Source of the DNA: Podarcis liolepis
Lineage: Eukaryota
DNA length: 64,000 nt
Assembly: GCA_965112155.1 (NCBI GenBank)
Contig: OZ218103.1
Direction: 5' to 3' (one strand)
The position numbers were made by a program, and so were the translations under genes. Shown here in pieces: positions 49,801-60,500 of this stretch. The notes under the pieces are model-generated. The model made no database searches, had not been told where the DNA came from, and saw only the letters and a list, made by a program, of their open reading frames with translations. Each line of letters opens with the position of its first letter. The stretch's first letter is position 1.

Positions 49801-50336
49801 AAATTAGTTTGTGAGGGTTTTGCTCTGTGCTCGTCCATGTTAACCCTTTCCATTCACTTTCAGAGTTCTAAATTTGTACTCAAGCATTTATTTATATTCC
49901 ACATTTAATTCCACTTTAGTGCTCTAAATTAAGTTTGTATTATCTTAGAACCAGAGGGCAATATGGAGCCACAGAGGGGTTGTCATGGTGCAGCCTCAGT
50001 GGGTGTTGTTGCCAACCTTCCCTTTCCACATTTTTTCCTTTCTACAACTTCAAACAACATACAAACATCAATCTCAAAAATCTTTCTGTTCTAGAACAGT
50101 AAGGTAAAGGGTTTCTTTTATCATTAGTAATGTTGCAGTTCTGTCATGCTCTTCTGGAAGAATCTAGTCATATGGGCAGATGCCAAGGTGGATGGAAAAG
50201 GGAATCCACCATACCTTTCAGTCTGGGCAGGGGGCTGTTGAATAAGAGATCGAACATTATATTATATGTGCATCAAGTGGCATAAGGAGAGGGTGGGTTG
50301 AAGCATGCTTTAGCCTGAAACTAACTCCCATTTTAA

Positions 50337-50726
50337 TATGAGGAATGGTTGAGGGAGTTGGGTATGTTTACCCTCGGAAAGAGACAACTGGGGAGAGATA
50401 TGATAGCCATCTTCAGATATCTAAAGGGCTGTCACACAGAAGAGGGAGGAAAGTTGTTTTTTCCTGCTCCAGGGCCTAGGACCCGAACCAGTGCCTTCAA
50501 GTTACAAGAAAGGAGATTCTGACTAAACATCAGGAATAACTTTCTGACATTAAGAGCTGTTAGGCAGTGGAATGGACTTCTACGAAAGGTGGTGGACTCT
50601 CCTTTCTTGGAGGTTTTTAATCGGAGGTTGGATGGCCACCTGTCATGGATGCTTTTGTTGAGATTCCTGCACTGCAGGGGGTTCAACTAGATGACTTGGG
50701 GTCCCTTCCAACTCTATGATTCTATG
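50337..50726 (+). mobile_element. CR1 LINE 3' end (5'-truncated)
   Basis: Translates YEEWLRELGMFTLGKRQLGRDMIAIFRYLKGCH...RF*LNIRNNFLTLRAVRQWNGLLRKVVDSPFLEVF (CR1 ORF2 C-terminus, one stop); ends with CTATGATTCTATG octamer tail. Confidence 0.95.
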
Positions 50727-50825
50727 TCTGGCTTTCACCCAAAGTTATGTCTTAATTTTATATATTGCCAAATATATGATTCACACTTTGTCCTTTCAAC
50801 ACACTAGGATGTCAGCAGTGACTTC

Positions 50826-50968
50826 CAGAGGGGTAACCATTTTAGTCTGATGCAGCAAAACCAACAAGGAGTCTTATGGCACTTAACAAATTGATTATGG
50901 TATAAGCTTTTGTGTTCACTAAAGTTTATGCCATAATAAATCTTAGTCACTCGGTACTGTAAGACTCC
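50826..50968. mobile_element. Penelope-like palindromic remnant
   Basis: GGGTAACCATTTTAGTCTGATGCAGCAAAACCAACAAGGAGTCTTATGGCAC...TTATGGTATAAGCTTT/AAAGTTTATGCCATAA...AAGACTCC inverted structure. Confidence 0.65.
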
Positions 50969-51090
50969 TGGTAGTAGACTGTCAGTGGGACACATTAATT
51001 ACTTCATAATTCTGATAGTATTTTAGCATACAATATTAGACTCCTCTCCCCTTCCTGAGTGCTAGAACTTGCTGCCTCTCAATCCTAGAA

Positions 51091-51220
51091 TAACCTTTCT
51101 CCATTCTGGTGTCCTCCAGATAATGTTTGATTCCAACAGCCATGGACAGCTTTAGCAATGGATAGAGGCAACGGGAGTTGTAATCAGGAACATTTGAAGG
51201 GCACCAGGTTTGAGAAATGT
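51091..51220. mobile_element. Palindromic hAT-like MITE (same family as 42079)
   Basis: CTGGTGTCCTCCAGAT ... ATTTGAAGGGCACCAG inverted arms. Confidence 0.65.
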
Positions 51221-52221
51221 GACATTTCTTCCATCAGTGTTATCATATAAGCAGTATTGGTTGCCCGCATCTCTCATTTATTGAGGATTCTTACAGCTGC
51301 AGCGCTTGTGGGAGTTAGGCATTTGGACTTGGGCTGCAGGTAGAGTCTTTTCAAGTTTACACATCATCCGACTGAGAATAAAAGAACCTATCAGAATTAA
51401 CTCTAAGAATAATGATAGTATTTTCTATTAGTCAGGGAAGGGAAGTAGGTTTGTATTTGCCTACGTGTTATTACCCTGTAGATCACACTGAGGTGATAGA
51501 AGGATGAAAGTAGACATTTTATTCTTCTTCTGTTTTTTTATATGTTAATGCTCCTTGGTAATTTTGTTTTATTTTAAGGATTGAAAATGAGCCCAGGTGC
51601 AGTTAAGAATAGCTGATACCAAACAAACAGTAATTCACGTTTAACATACGGGAAGGATAAAGAAATGTCATGTACATAAGCAAAAGACAACTGACATTAA
51701 CGCAGCAGGCAAGGTGATTACATAGCAATCTAGTAACTATATGTGATCATTATTGCTGGTTGGTGGGTTGCTTAAATGAGTACCTGAAGGTTAAGTAATA
51801 GCTGTAGGAGGGAGGAGAGAGGAACAGGAGGAGAGAGGAGGAAAGAGAGAGAGGTTGATAGAAAGGTAGACAGAAGGTTAGGAAAGAGAAGTGGATAAGA
51901 AGCAGTGTGAATAGCTGGGGAGAGAGATGATTTGTCTGTGTTTTAGTAACTGATACTTATGGGCTTTGATTATATTTGTTGGAAGCTCCTGGGGAATAAT
52001 AACAGGTTTTTGAGAGGAGTCTTTTATTTCTGTAAACCACCTACTCTGAGATAAATGGTTTTTTATATATAAAATATCATCCACTCTGAACTGTTGCCAG
52101 CCCAGTGGGTCAGTGTGGTTACAGCACCACGTTTCTATGGCCTGTGTGATAAATAGTGGAGTAATGCAGCCCACATGGCATCTTTGGCATCCGTTTCCCC
52201 AACACAGTATGCTTCAGAGTC

Positions 52222-52640
52222 TCATTTATTCATTTAAAACATTTGTATACTGCCCTTGATGCTATTCCAGATTTCAGAGTGATGTACAACTAATTCTATC
52301 ACAATGATAAAACATCATATAAGAGCCTTAAAATAATTAAAACTATAAGAAGTTAACATGCTTGGGTGTACCAGAAACTTTTTGCCTGGTACTGAAAAGA
52401 TTGCAGCATAGACACAAATCAAGTATCTTTGGGAAAGGCATTGCACAATCATGGCACTACTGCTGAAAAAAACCCTTTCCTTTATTGTTCAGTAGCATAC
52501 CTGTGCTATGGTGACACCTTGAGAAGTGCCTTAGAAGATCTTAAAACATGGGTAAATTAATGTAGGAAGATACACTTCTTCATGTAAAGCCAATTACCAG
52601 CATCCTGAATTCAGCCCAGAAGTGATAAGCAGCCAATGAA
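52222..52640 (-). mobile_element. L2 3' fragment
   Basis: Reverse L2 tail (ATTTATTCATTTAAAACATTTGTATACTGCCC) and an LHWL-like motif (GCAGCCAATGAAG). Confidence 0.65.
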
Positions 52641-52869
52641 GTTTTGTTGTTTTTTTAATGGCAAGATATGCACAACCATGCTAACAGTTAAAGGGGAATG
52701 AATAGGATGTCTGTCCAACATTTCTTTCCTGACAGAGGTCATCCCTTAGGCTGACCAACGCTGTTTCAGCGCCCAAACCAGTTCTCTTTTGAAATAGGTA
52801 TGAGAAACACAACAATATTCAATAACCTTTCCTAAAAACAAAAGGGACTTGCATGTCACAAATAAAACT

Positions 52870-53165
52870 GAGCAGGGTGCCAAGTTGTTTAAGGCTTTAA
52901 ATGTCAGCAACAAAACATTGAAAATTGCTTGACAGTGCCAATTTTTCAACACTAGTGTGATATGCATAAAGCTGGGTGTCCCACTCAGCATCCTAGTAGC
53001 TGCAATTTGCACTAACTGCAGTTTCCAAATCAGATGCAAAGTTAGTTCTGCATACAACACATTAGAGTAGTCCAATTGTGAGGTCACCCAAGTTTGGACT
53101 ACGGTGGCAAGGCAGTGCTTGTCCAGGAATGGGTCATGATCTGGGGCACCATCTGAGGTTGGAAG
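52870..53165 (-). mobile_element. L2 ORF2 C-terminal fragment
   Basis: ORF 52746-53087(-): TSQLDYSNVLY..L...LIWKLQLVQIAATRMLSG....HITLVLK...VLLLTFKALNNLAP, the canonical L2 motif series. Confidence 0.9.
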
Positions 53166-53899
53166 TGGGCTACTAAGGCATGGATCACACCCATGAGTGC
53201 CAGGTTCATGACCCTCATTTATTTATTTATATTTTTGGGAAATGGCAGGCACTTCCTTCACCCATGGAGTAGCTTTTCTGAAATTGGAGGGGGGCAGGAG
53301 GGTGCTCAAGTATACTGTGTGTCGGGGGGGGGAGATTGAGGGAGATGGACTTGGATAGAGAGAGGGAGAGATATGTGTGTGGTTGTGTATTTGTGAAGTG
53401 TGTGTATGCGTGTGAGAGAGATTCATGTGTGCCTGTGTTCTTTATGTGTGCAGTGAGTGTGTGTTCTGTTTTTGTGCAAGAAAAAGTGTATGGTGTGTTC
53501 ACTTCGCATGTTTTTCTCTGTACTTAGCAATATTCCCTGCTGTTATTAGACAACAGCAGCACTATGTGTGTCATCAATATTGTGTGATTTTCACAGCTAG
53601 GACCAGCAGGTTGTAGGTGACTTCCACTGGCAAGCATGAGATTGTCGGGTGGACACAGGGGGAAGCAGTAACAATGACACTCTCTCTAATTTTGTGTTAT
53701 ACTATGTCCTACTCCCCATGGCAGCCATGTGTTATGCCAGGCCTCTTTAGCAGACATGAAAATCACTTTTTTAATTCAAAATGTACCAGCTGATCTGAAA
53801 AGGTTGGCTACCCTTGCATCGAGGCCATCTGGGCTGTCCTGGTCCATCACAATTTCTGCTACTAAGAAAAGGCAACAGCCTACACAAGATGGAGGCAAG

Positions 53900-54330
53900 T
53901 AGACCTGAGGCTCAGGAGTTAACGGCACGGAGGCAAGGTCAGGACCTTGGACAGGAACAGAGATGCCAGTTCAGAGTTCAGTAGCTAAGAGGGCAGGACC
54001 ACAGTTAGCAATCCTGCAGCTGAGACAGAACCAAGTTGTTTGAGCACTGCCTTGGAGCAACTAGCAGAACTTTATAGTTTGAGCTATGGAGTCAAAACTG
54101 AAACCCTACTCTTAGAATGCTTCAAATGGCCAGTTAAAAGGCTGGTGCCTTTTTATGTAGTTGTTGGATACGTCTAGGCAGTGGGGTTTCAAGTTGCAGG
54201 GACCTCTTGGGACTTCTCTGGTCTTCTGAGGATTTTGAAGTCAAGTCATTGGAGTTCAGTGGCAGAGAGCTTTGGGGAGGGGGGCATGCCTCTGGTACCA
54301 GTGGGCCCATTTAAAAGGAGCAGAAGGTGA
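53900..54330 (-). mobile_element. Possible degenerate LTR
   Basis: Composition and layout resemble a reversed version of 25104-25668 (minus-strand TATAAAG near 54072); termini not found. Confidence 0.3.
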
Positions 54331-57300
54331 ATCTGATTCCATCTTGGAGCTATTTCTAAATTACATCCTCATTTGGTGATCATAATCCACACAAACAGAA
54401 AAACATTTCCCTAGTTATGTTAATATATATTCATTGTGAATGAGATATGAATGAACCTGATTTAAGGGATTTCTAAAGTATGGAACGATAATTTAAAATA
54501 AGTGATAATAGAAAATCCTTTTGTGGATTGTTGTCCATGTGGCTTTATAGTGACACATTTAGGTGATGATTTTATGTGTTACATCAGGGCCTCATAGTAA
54601 TACAAAAAGGGATAATGAAAATGTTTATGATATGTTCCAGGGATATGGGTTCTGTTTCATATTGTGTTACATTAACAGAACAAATAATTGAATGTGTGGG
54701 TTGGCGAGATTGAAATGTTTATTTACTATCTAGTTGTCCTGGCAATAGTGTTCGCCATCTTATTTAAATTAATGTCTAATAGAGATGCACTGTAGATTTT
54801 ATGTAGGCACACATATAACTGATGGTTCATTTAAGGAGTGCATGTACTAAATATGTTTTTGCTATCCAGCCAAGCTAACGGCTGTGTAACTGTTGAGCAT
54901 AAAACTGTAATATCTATATTTCCCAGCTTGCAGTAATGTTTCTGAAGTCTGGGATAACTGATGCTAATCTCCAGTTTGTTTTGTGGCTTTCCAAAAATTA
55001 ACTTGAAACAAAATAAAATGTGATGTAAATCCATTCATTTTAAAATGTGTAATCGAAAGCAATAGGCAACATCTAGTCTATATAGCAAGCTACTCAATGG
55101 AACTTAAAAAGCCAAACAAGATCCCTGGTATGAAAGAATATGAACATTCAAATACATCATCTGTTAATTGCATTCTTGGTCTCAGAATTTCCCACTTTGG
55201 TGCTTATTGTAACTTCAGCTTATCCTCTTGAACTGACTGTAGAGTATTTGAAAACATTTTAAATAGGTCTGCAAGCTTTAATCAATGCGATTAATCAAGT
55301 GAAGCTTTAATAGCAGATTAAAATTTGGCGTCCGATTAATTGGTAGGATTGACAATGAGTAAAGACTCTGGAATTTAGATCCCTTAAAGGACCTGCCACT
55401 GTGTAGGGCACATAAATTTGCTGTCTCCCTTTTCTCTGCACCAGAACAGATGAAACAGAAATGTAAATGGTTGCTCTGTTCCAATTTGTCTCCAAAATTG
55501 GCAAAAACATTTAAAGGAGAGGATGCTAGTATACTTTTGGAGGATTTACTTTAGACTAAGTTCGTAAGATAAAAATCTTGCCCAATAGTAGACAACAGTA
55601 TTTCACCCACTGGTACGTGCAAAGTCTGATGTCTGGGTGGCCAAAAAGAGAGAGAAAATATTTTGCTATTTTAAGGTGAAACTGTCTCTTCTGTACCTTT
55701 TATCTTCTGAGTCTTTTATCTTCTAAGTCTTCTAAGTCAATTTGATTTTTCCTACCCTGCTCTTACCCTGGAATGTTCACAGTGCCCAACACTTCCTGCC
55801 TGATATTTCCTAGAACAAGTTAAGATGGGAGTATCAGGGACAAATATTCTGACCGCTGTAGATTCATAGGGACGAAAGTCATAATCGGTTCCCAGTTTCT
55901 CAAAATCCCAAGTCCAATGTGAATCAGAATACACTTGCAGTTAATGTGCAAATTGGAGCATTTTGTTTCAACTCAGTAGATCTGTCATAAGGTCATCTTA
56001 CAGTTATTTAATTGTTCCCAAATTAAATGGCAGCTGCAGTAATATGCATATGTCTCTGCTGAGAGGTGGTTTCCCTCAGAAGCAGGGAAACAGTTGAATG
56101 CTAAGATGCAAATGCTTTGTTTTTGATGTGAACCTTTAGAAAGTACTTTCACCAATCACCCTTGCTGTGAGCCCACATTTTATTTATTTCCTGCCAGTTC
56201 TTCAACCAAACAACCCAGCGCTGCTAACAAGGGAAAGTTAAAATAACAAGTGAGTCAAAATAGGACATTAGAAAGGACTTTGCTCTTCTTCTTTCTCTTT
56301 GTGGCTGGTTGATAACTGAGTGTAAGACAGGACAGACTGAGTAGCAATCAGGTAGGCCATTTGAATGATTCTTGTTTCCTTGCCATCTCCTGCTTTCCAA
56401 ATTGTTGCTTTTTGTACGATATAACTCATTGGGTATATATCTGTGAAGCTTGAAAGATAAATGGTTACTTCAGCTTAACAGCTTTTTGCTTTTGCTCTGA
56501 ATGGTTCCTTTTGTTTTGCATAGACCTTCACCCTTAAGGGCAAGGAGGCAGCTTGCTTTAATGATGGAAATAACACATCCAAGGGATTTCCTCCCATTCC
56601 CCTTTTAACAGAACCCTCCCCAGCCAATCTGACCTAGCACCTAGCAATGTTCTTGGCTTTGGCCAGCAACAGCTTGGGAACCCAGGTCTGCTTCTGAACC
56701 CAGATGGCAGTGCGTTGCCATATGTCAAGAACATATGCTGTCCTGATTCTTAAAAAAAAAAAAATAACGTCCATTCTTCCATCCACACAAATGGATCTTA
56801 ACCCATTGTGTAGCAAGAAATCTCTTCACTGCCAATCCTATTCATTCTCTACAGAGATGCTTCTGCTGGAGCAATATGATTGAGAGTGTAATTATAGGCG
56901 TTGCACCAAAGTTTTTAGCAAGCTTTCCATTTCAAAATCCTTGTCAGGCTTCTATTGGCTTTGATGTTGCTGAGAAAAGACGTTTGTCATCATTAACAAA
57001 TTTGACAATATGGTAGCAATTCTGAGTTCTTGATCAGGAGAGGAATACAGACTTGTATTTCCGAGCACAAACTATTCACTTGTACAACCAAGTGAACTGT
57101 TTCTGTTTTATGCGAGTGAGCCTTTCGTAGAGGCATGGCTGTTAAGGATTGGGTTTGTTTTATCCTCTTCTTTATTAATTGCTTCAGCCACAGCAATGGC
57201 ACAGACCAAGACAAACAGAACAGTAAAATAAAGACTGCCTGTCTATCTTTTCTATTTTTCCTGCTTACCTAGGACACTAAGTTAGTGCTTTTGAGCATCA

Positions 57301-57725
57301 AAACATTTTGATGCCTTTGATATGCACATACGGGATAAAGAATTGATGTTGGGGACTTTTTAATTTTTTGTGCTAAGGGACCTACTGATAGGCCAAGGAA
57401 GTACATAACTGTCCTCAAAGATAATTCCAGATCACCCTTTTCTCTCAAAATAAAGGATAAGTTTTTAAAAGAAGAAGAAGAAAGAAACATTCTTTTTCCA
57501 GGAGCTGTCCTTCCCCCCTCCCTCTTTGATAGTCATGAATTGAATGCTGAGATGTTGAAATCTATCACTGAGATCCAAAGGAACATTCAGCTAGCTACTA
57601 GCTCTGTGCTCCCTAAAAGGCTTTGAGTCTGTGTTTCTTGAATGATAGACTACCATGACACTAGGCAAGTCTGAAATTGAAGGACCTTCTGAAAGTAGTT
57701 TGGGCATCCAAACTTGGGGTGCATC

Positions 57726-57861
57726 CAGTGCTATTTTTCTACAAAAAAAGAGGTGCTGGAACTCACAACGACACCTCCTTCGTTCTCTTAGAATGGCAAT
57801 GGTGACCACCTGAGAGTGCCGGAACTGAGTTCCTGTGAGTTCTCCTTGAAAAAAAGCCCTG
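57726..57861. mobile_element. 136-bp hAT-type MITE
   Basis: Perfect 8-bp TSD GGTGCATC (57718-57725 / 57862-57869); TIRs CAGTGCTATTTTT / AAAAAAAGCCCTG; shares AGAGGTGCTGG.ACTCA with 33827. Confidence 0.9.
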
Positions 57862-59724
57862 GGTGCATCCAATGCTGCTGTTCTGCTTGCACAATGAAAC
57901 TTTTCCCCATCTGTATTTCCACACACTCAATATCTGCTCCAGAGCTGAGGGACCTTCTGGAGCAGATTTTGGGAGTTTGCAGGGGGAGGAGGAGAAGCTT
58001 TGTTGCAAAAGTGGAACATCACTTGTGCACCACTAGGTATGGCTGAAGACGCTATTTAGTTTATAGCCATTTACTTCAGTAGTTCACTAAAATGGGTCAT
58101 TATAAATTTTATTTTTTAAAAAAAAAAATATTCAACCACTTTGCCACCTCAGCATTCAAACTGTCCTAAGAGAAAAGCCATAACAGAATGAAAACAGCAT
58201 CAGATGCACAGTAATAAGTATATTTTCAAATTATTGTGTGGCAGAATTCCCATACTACCAAAGATTGTCTAGGCAAAAATATATTATAATTCACACTAGG
58301 AACTACATATTCATTTATTTTCTTCTCTCTTTGTTATTAATAGCTATACTACATATAAACTAGTAGTGCATTGGACATCATGGGTCATCGGTGGCAAGGT
58401 TTTTAATATTTCAGGACAGATCAATACCAATGCAAATAAAATAATGTTGTGTCAGGTCTGATTTCTCAGGGAATTCAATGAGGCCATGTCCGTTCTTGAC
58501 AGCCAAACTCTGGCTCTGCAATTCAATACAAATAAAAGGCACTGGTATTATCACTGCTTTTTAATGGATCCACTTCAGAGAAAACTGGAAGTATTCCCCA
58601 AAGAATACCAGTCTATGAGAATCAGATTTACAGACCTGCCGTTTTAACATGGACATAAAGAAACTTGATTACTGAAAAACAGAATTAATCTCAATGTTTC
58701 TTTTGTTGTGTGTGTATTTGTGTAGAGTGGATAATTTATTTTGCAATTCACTGTTAGTTGTTTTAAGCCAAGTATATTACCCCCCACACACACCCCAAGC
58801 TATGTGCTAAAGAAAAAATACTGCCTGTACCAAAGTCAGAGAGCATAGCCATTGATTTCAGTGGAGCCAGAACTGCAGCCACAGAAACCCAATGGAACTC
58901 TCTAAAAGTGCAGGTTAAGAGAAGGGTTATTCTACATTGAATTATGTATATAAATCTTTTATATAACTGTGCTAAGCAAAGAAACATACAGACCATTTTC
59001 TTACTAGGTCTGGTCTAAGGGTATAACACTTACACACTGCTTTGAAAGCAATGAAAGCAGGGTTGTTGTTTTTTAAGAACTCCTAGTTCTTTCTGCATTC
59101 CATGTTTACTCGGTAAAGTTCATGCAACCATCCTGTTCCTAAATCAAAAGGAGAGACTTCTATCTCCAATTCTTGCAACAGATTGTTACAGGTAAATTGT
59201 CTTGTTTATTTATTTTTCCTTTTTTTATTAACTTACCCACTAAATTTGTAAATCACATTTCAAGGCAGTTTACCATCAAAACAACAAAAGTATTCAAATA
59301 GAATATGCAACTGTAGCCACAAGATAAATTAGAACTAAAAGGCATCAACAATGAACAATTTCTGGGGAAGAGACTGAGAGGTTTCTGGCCCTCATAGGCC
59401 AATCTAACCTCCAAATTGAAAACCAAAAGTTGTGGTGTAAATCCACCATGACAGGCAGAGCTGGGAGCTCCAATTCTACTTTTTGTTGAGTTTGTTTCAT
59501 TGGCTACTGGCACATCACAAACATTGCTATTACTGCCATTGTTCCCATGCTTCCTATTAATCAGTAATCCGAAATCCTGAGCTTGCACTACAAAACTTGC
59601 ACTGCATTTACAAGAAAAGATCATGGGTTTAGATTCCATCTGTGTAAGACTTACCTTACTAGCCAGTATCTTTCCATAGGCAGAAAACTGTTCCTTCAAA
59701 TTAAAGGGCCAATATTGTTTCTAC

Positions 59725-59870
59725 CCTACTCAGCCATGAAGCTTCCTGGGTGACCTTGGGCCATTCACAGCCTCACAGCCTAAGCTATCTCACAGGGTCG
59801 TTGTAGGTATTTAAATGGATAGGGGGAAAACAATTGAACTCCACCTTGTGCTCTTTGGAGAAAAGGAAAG
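59725..59870 (+). mobile_element. MIR/CORE-like SINE
   Basis: CAGCCATGAAGCTTCCTGGGTGACCTTGGGCCA...CAGCCTAAGCTATCTCACAGGGTCGTTGT. Confidence 0.8.
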
Positions 59871-59951
59871 ATAGCTCAGTTGGCTAGAGTGTGGTGGGTG
59901 TTGAACTAGATGATCTTCAGGTTCCCGTCCTACATTTCTGTGATTCTGTGA
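59871..59951 (+). mobile_element. Mini tRNA-head/CR1-tail SINE nested in the MIR tail
   Basis: ATAGCTCAGTTGGCTAGAG joined to GTTGAACTAGATGATC...CTGTGATTCTGTGA; same family as 4254-4366. Confidence 0.7.
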
Positions 59952-59956
59952 AATGC

Positions 59957-59966
59957 AATAAATAAA

Positions 59967-60002
<36 letters not shown>

Positions 60003-60005
60003 ATA
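59957..60005. repeat. (TAAA)n microsatellite
   Basis: Read directly. Confidence 0.95.
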
Positions 60006-60038
60006 CAGAGCCCGCTGTATATTTGAATTTGGCTCTTC

Positions 60039-60387
60039 CGTGGGTGGCGCTGTGGGTTAAACCACAGAGCCTAGGACTTGCCGATCAGAAGGCCGGCGGT
60101 TCGAATCTCCGCGACGGTGAGCTCCCGTTGCTCGGTCCCTGCTCCTGCCAACCTAGCAGTTCGAAAGCACCTCAAAGTGCAAGTAGATAAATAGATACCG
60201 CTCTGGCGGGAAGGTAAACGGCGTTTCCGTGCGCTGCTCTGGTTCACCAGAAGCGGCTTGGTCATGCTGGCCACATGACCCGGAAGCTGTATGCCGGCTC
60301 CCTCGGCCAATAAAGCGAGATGAGTGCCGCAACCCCAGTCGGCCACAACTGGACCTAATGGTTAGGGGTCCCCTTTACCTTTACCTT
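60039..60387 (+). mobile_element. Sauria SINE (Squam1), near full length, lacertid-type
   Basis: GGGTGGCGCTGTGGGTTAAACCACAGAGCC...GGTTCGAATC (B box)...GCAGTTCGAAAGCAC...GTGCAAGTAGATAAATAG...(ACCTTT)n tail; CpGs largely intact. Confidence 0.95.
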
Positions 60388-60415
60388 AATGAAGATTACT
60401 AAGTGCTTATGGCTA

Positions 60416-60500
60416 CCATCCTGTGTACATTTACCAGCAAATAAGCCATATTGAACTCAGTGAGCCTTGCTTCCTAGTAGGCATGTATATGATTGCACTG
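60416..60500. repeat. Short palindromic squamate repeat (CAATCCT...AGGATTGCA type)
   Basis: CCATCCTGTGTACATTTAC...ATTGAACTCAGTGAG...GTAGGCATGTATATGATTGCA; related degenerate copies near 22095-22168 and 43281-43350. Confidence 0.5.

Noticed and set aside
52746-53087. 113-aa ORF with protein-like sequence
   Set aside because: L2 ORF2 relic, not a host gene
59075-59197. Possible + strand exon ending CAG|GTAAAT
   Set aside because: Weak acceptor and no recognisable peptide in any frame
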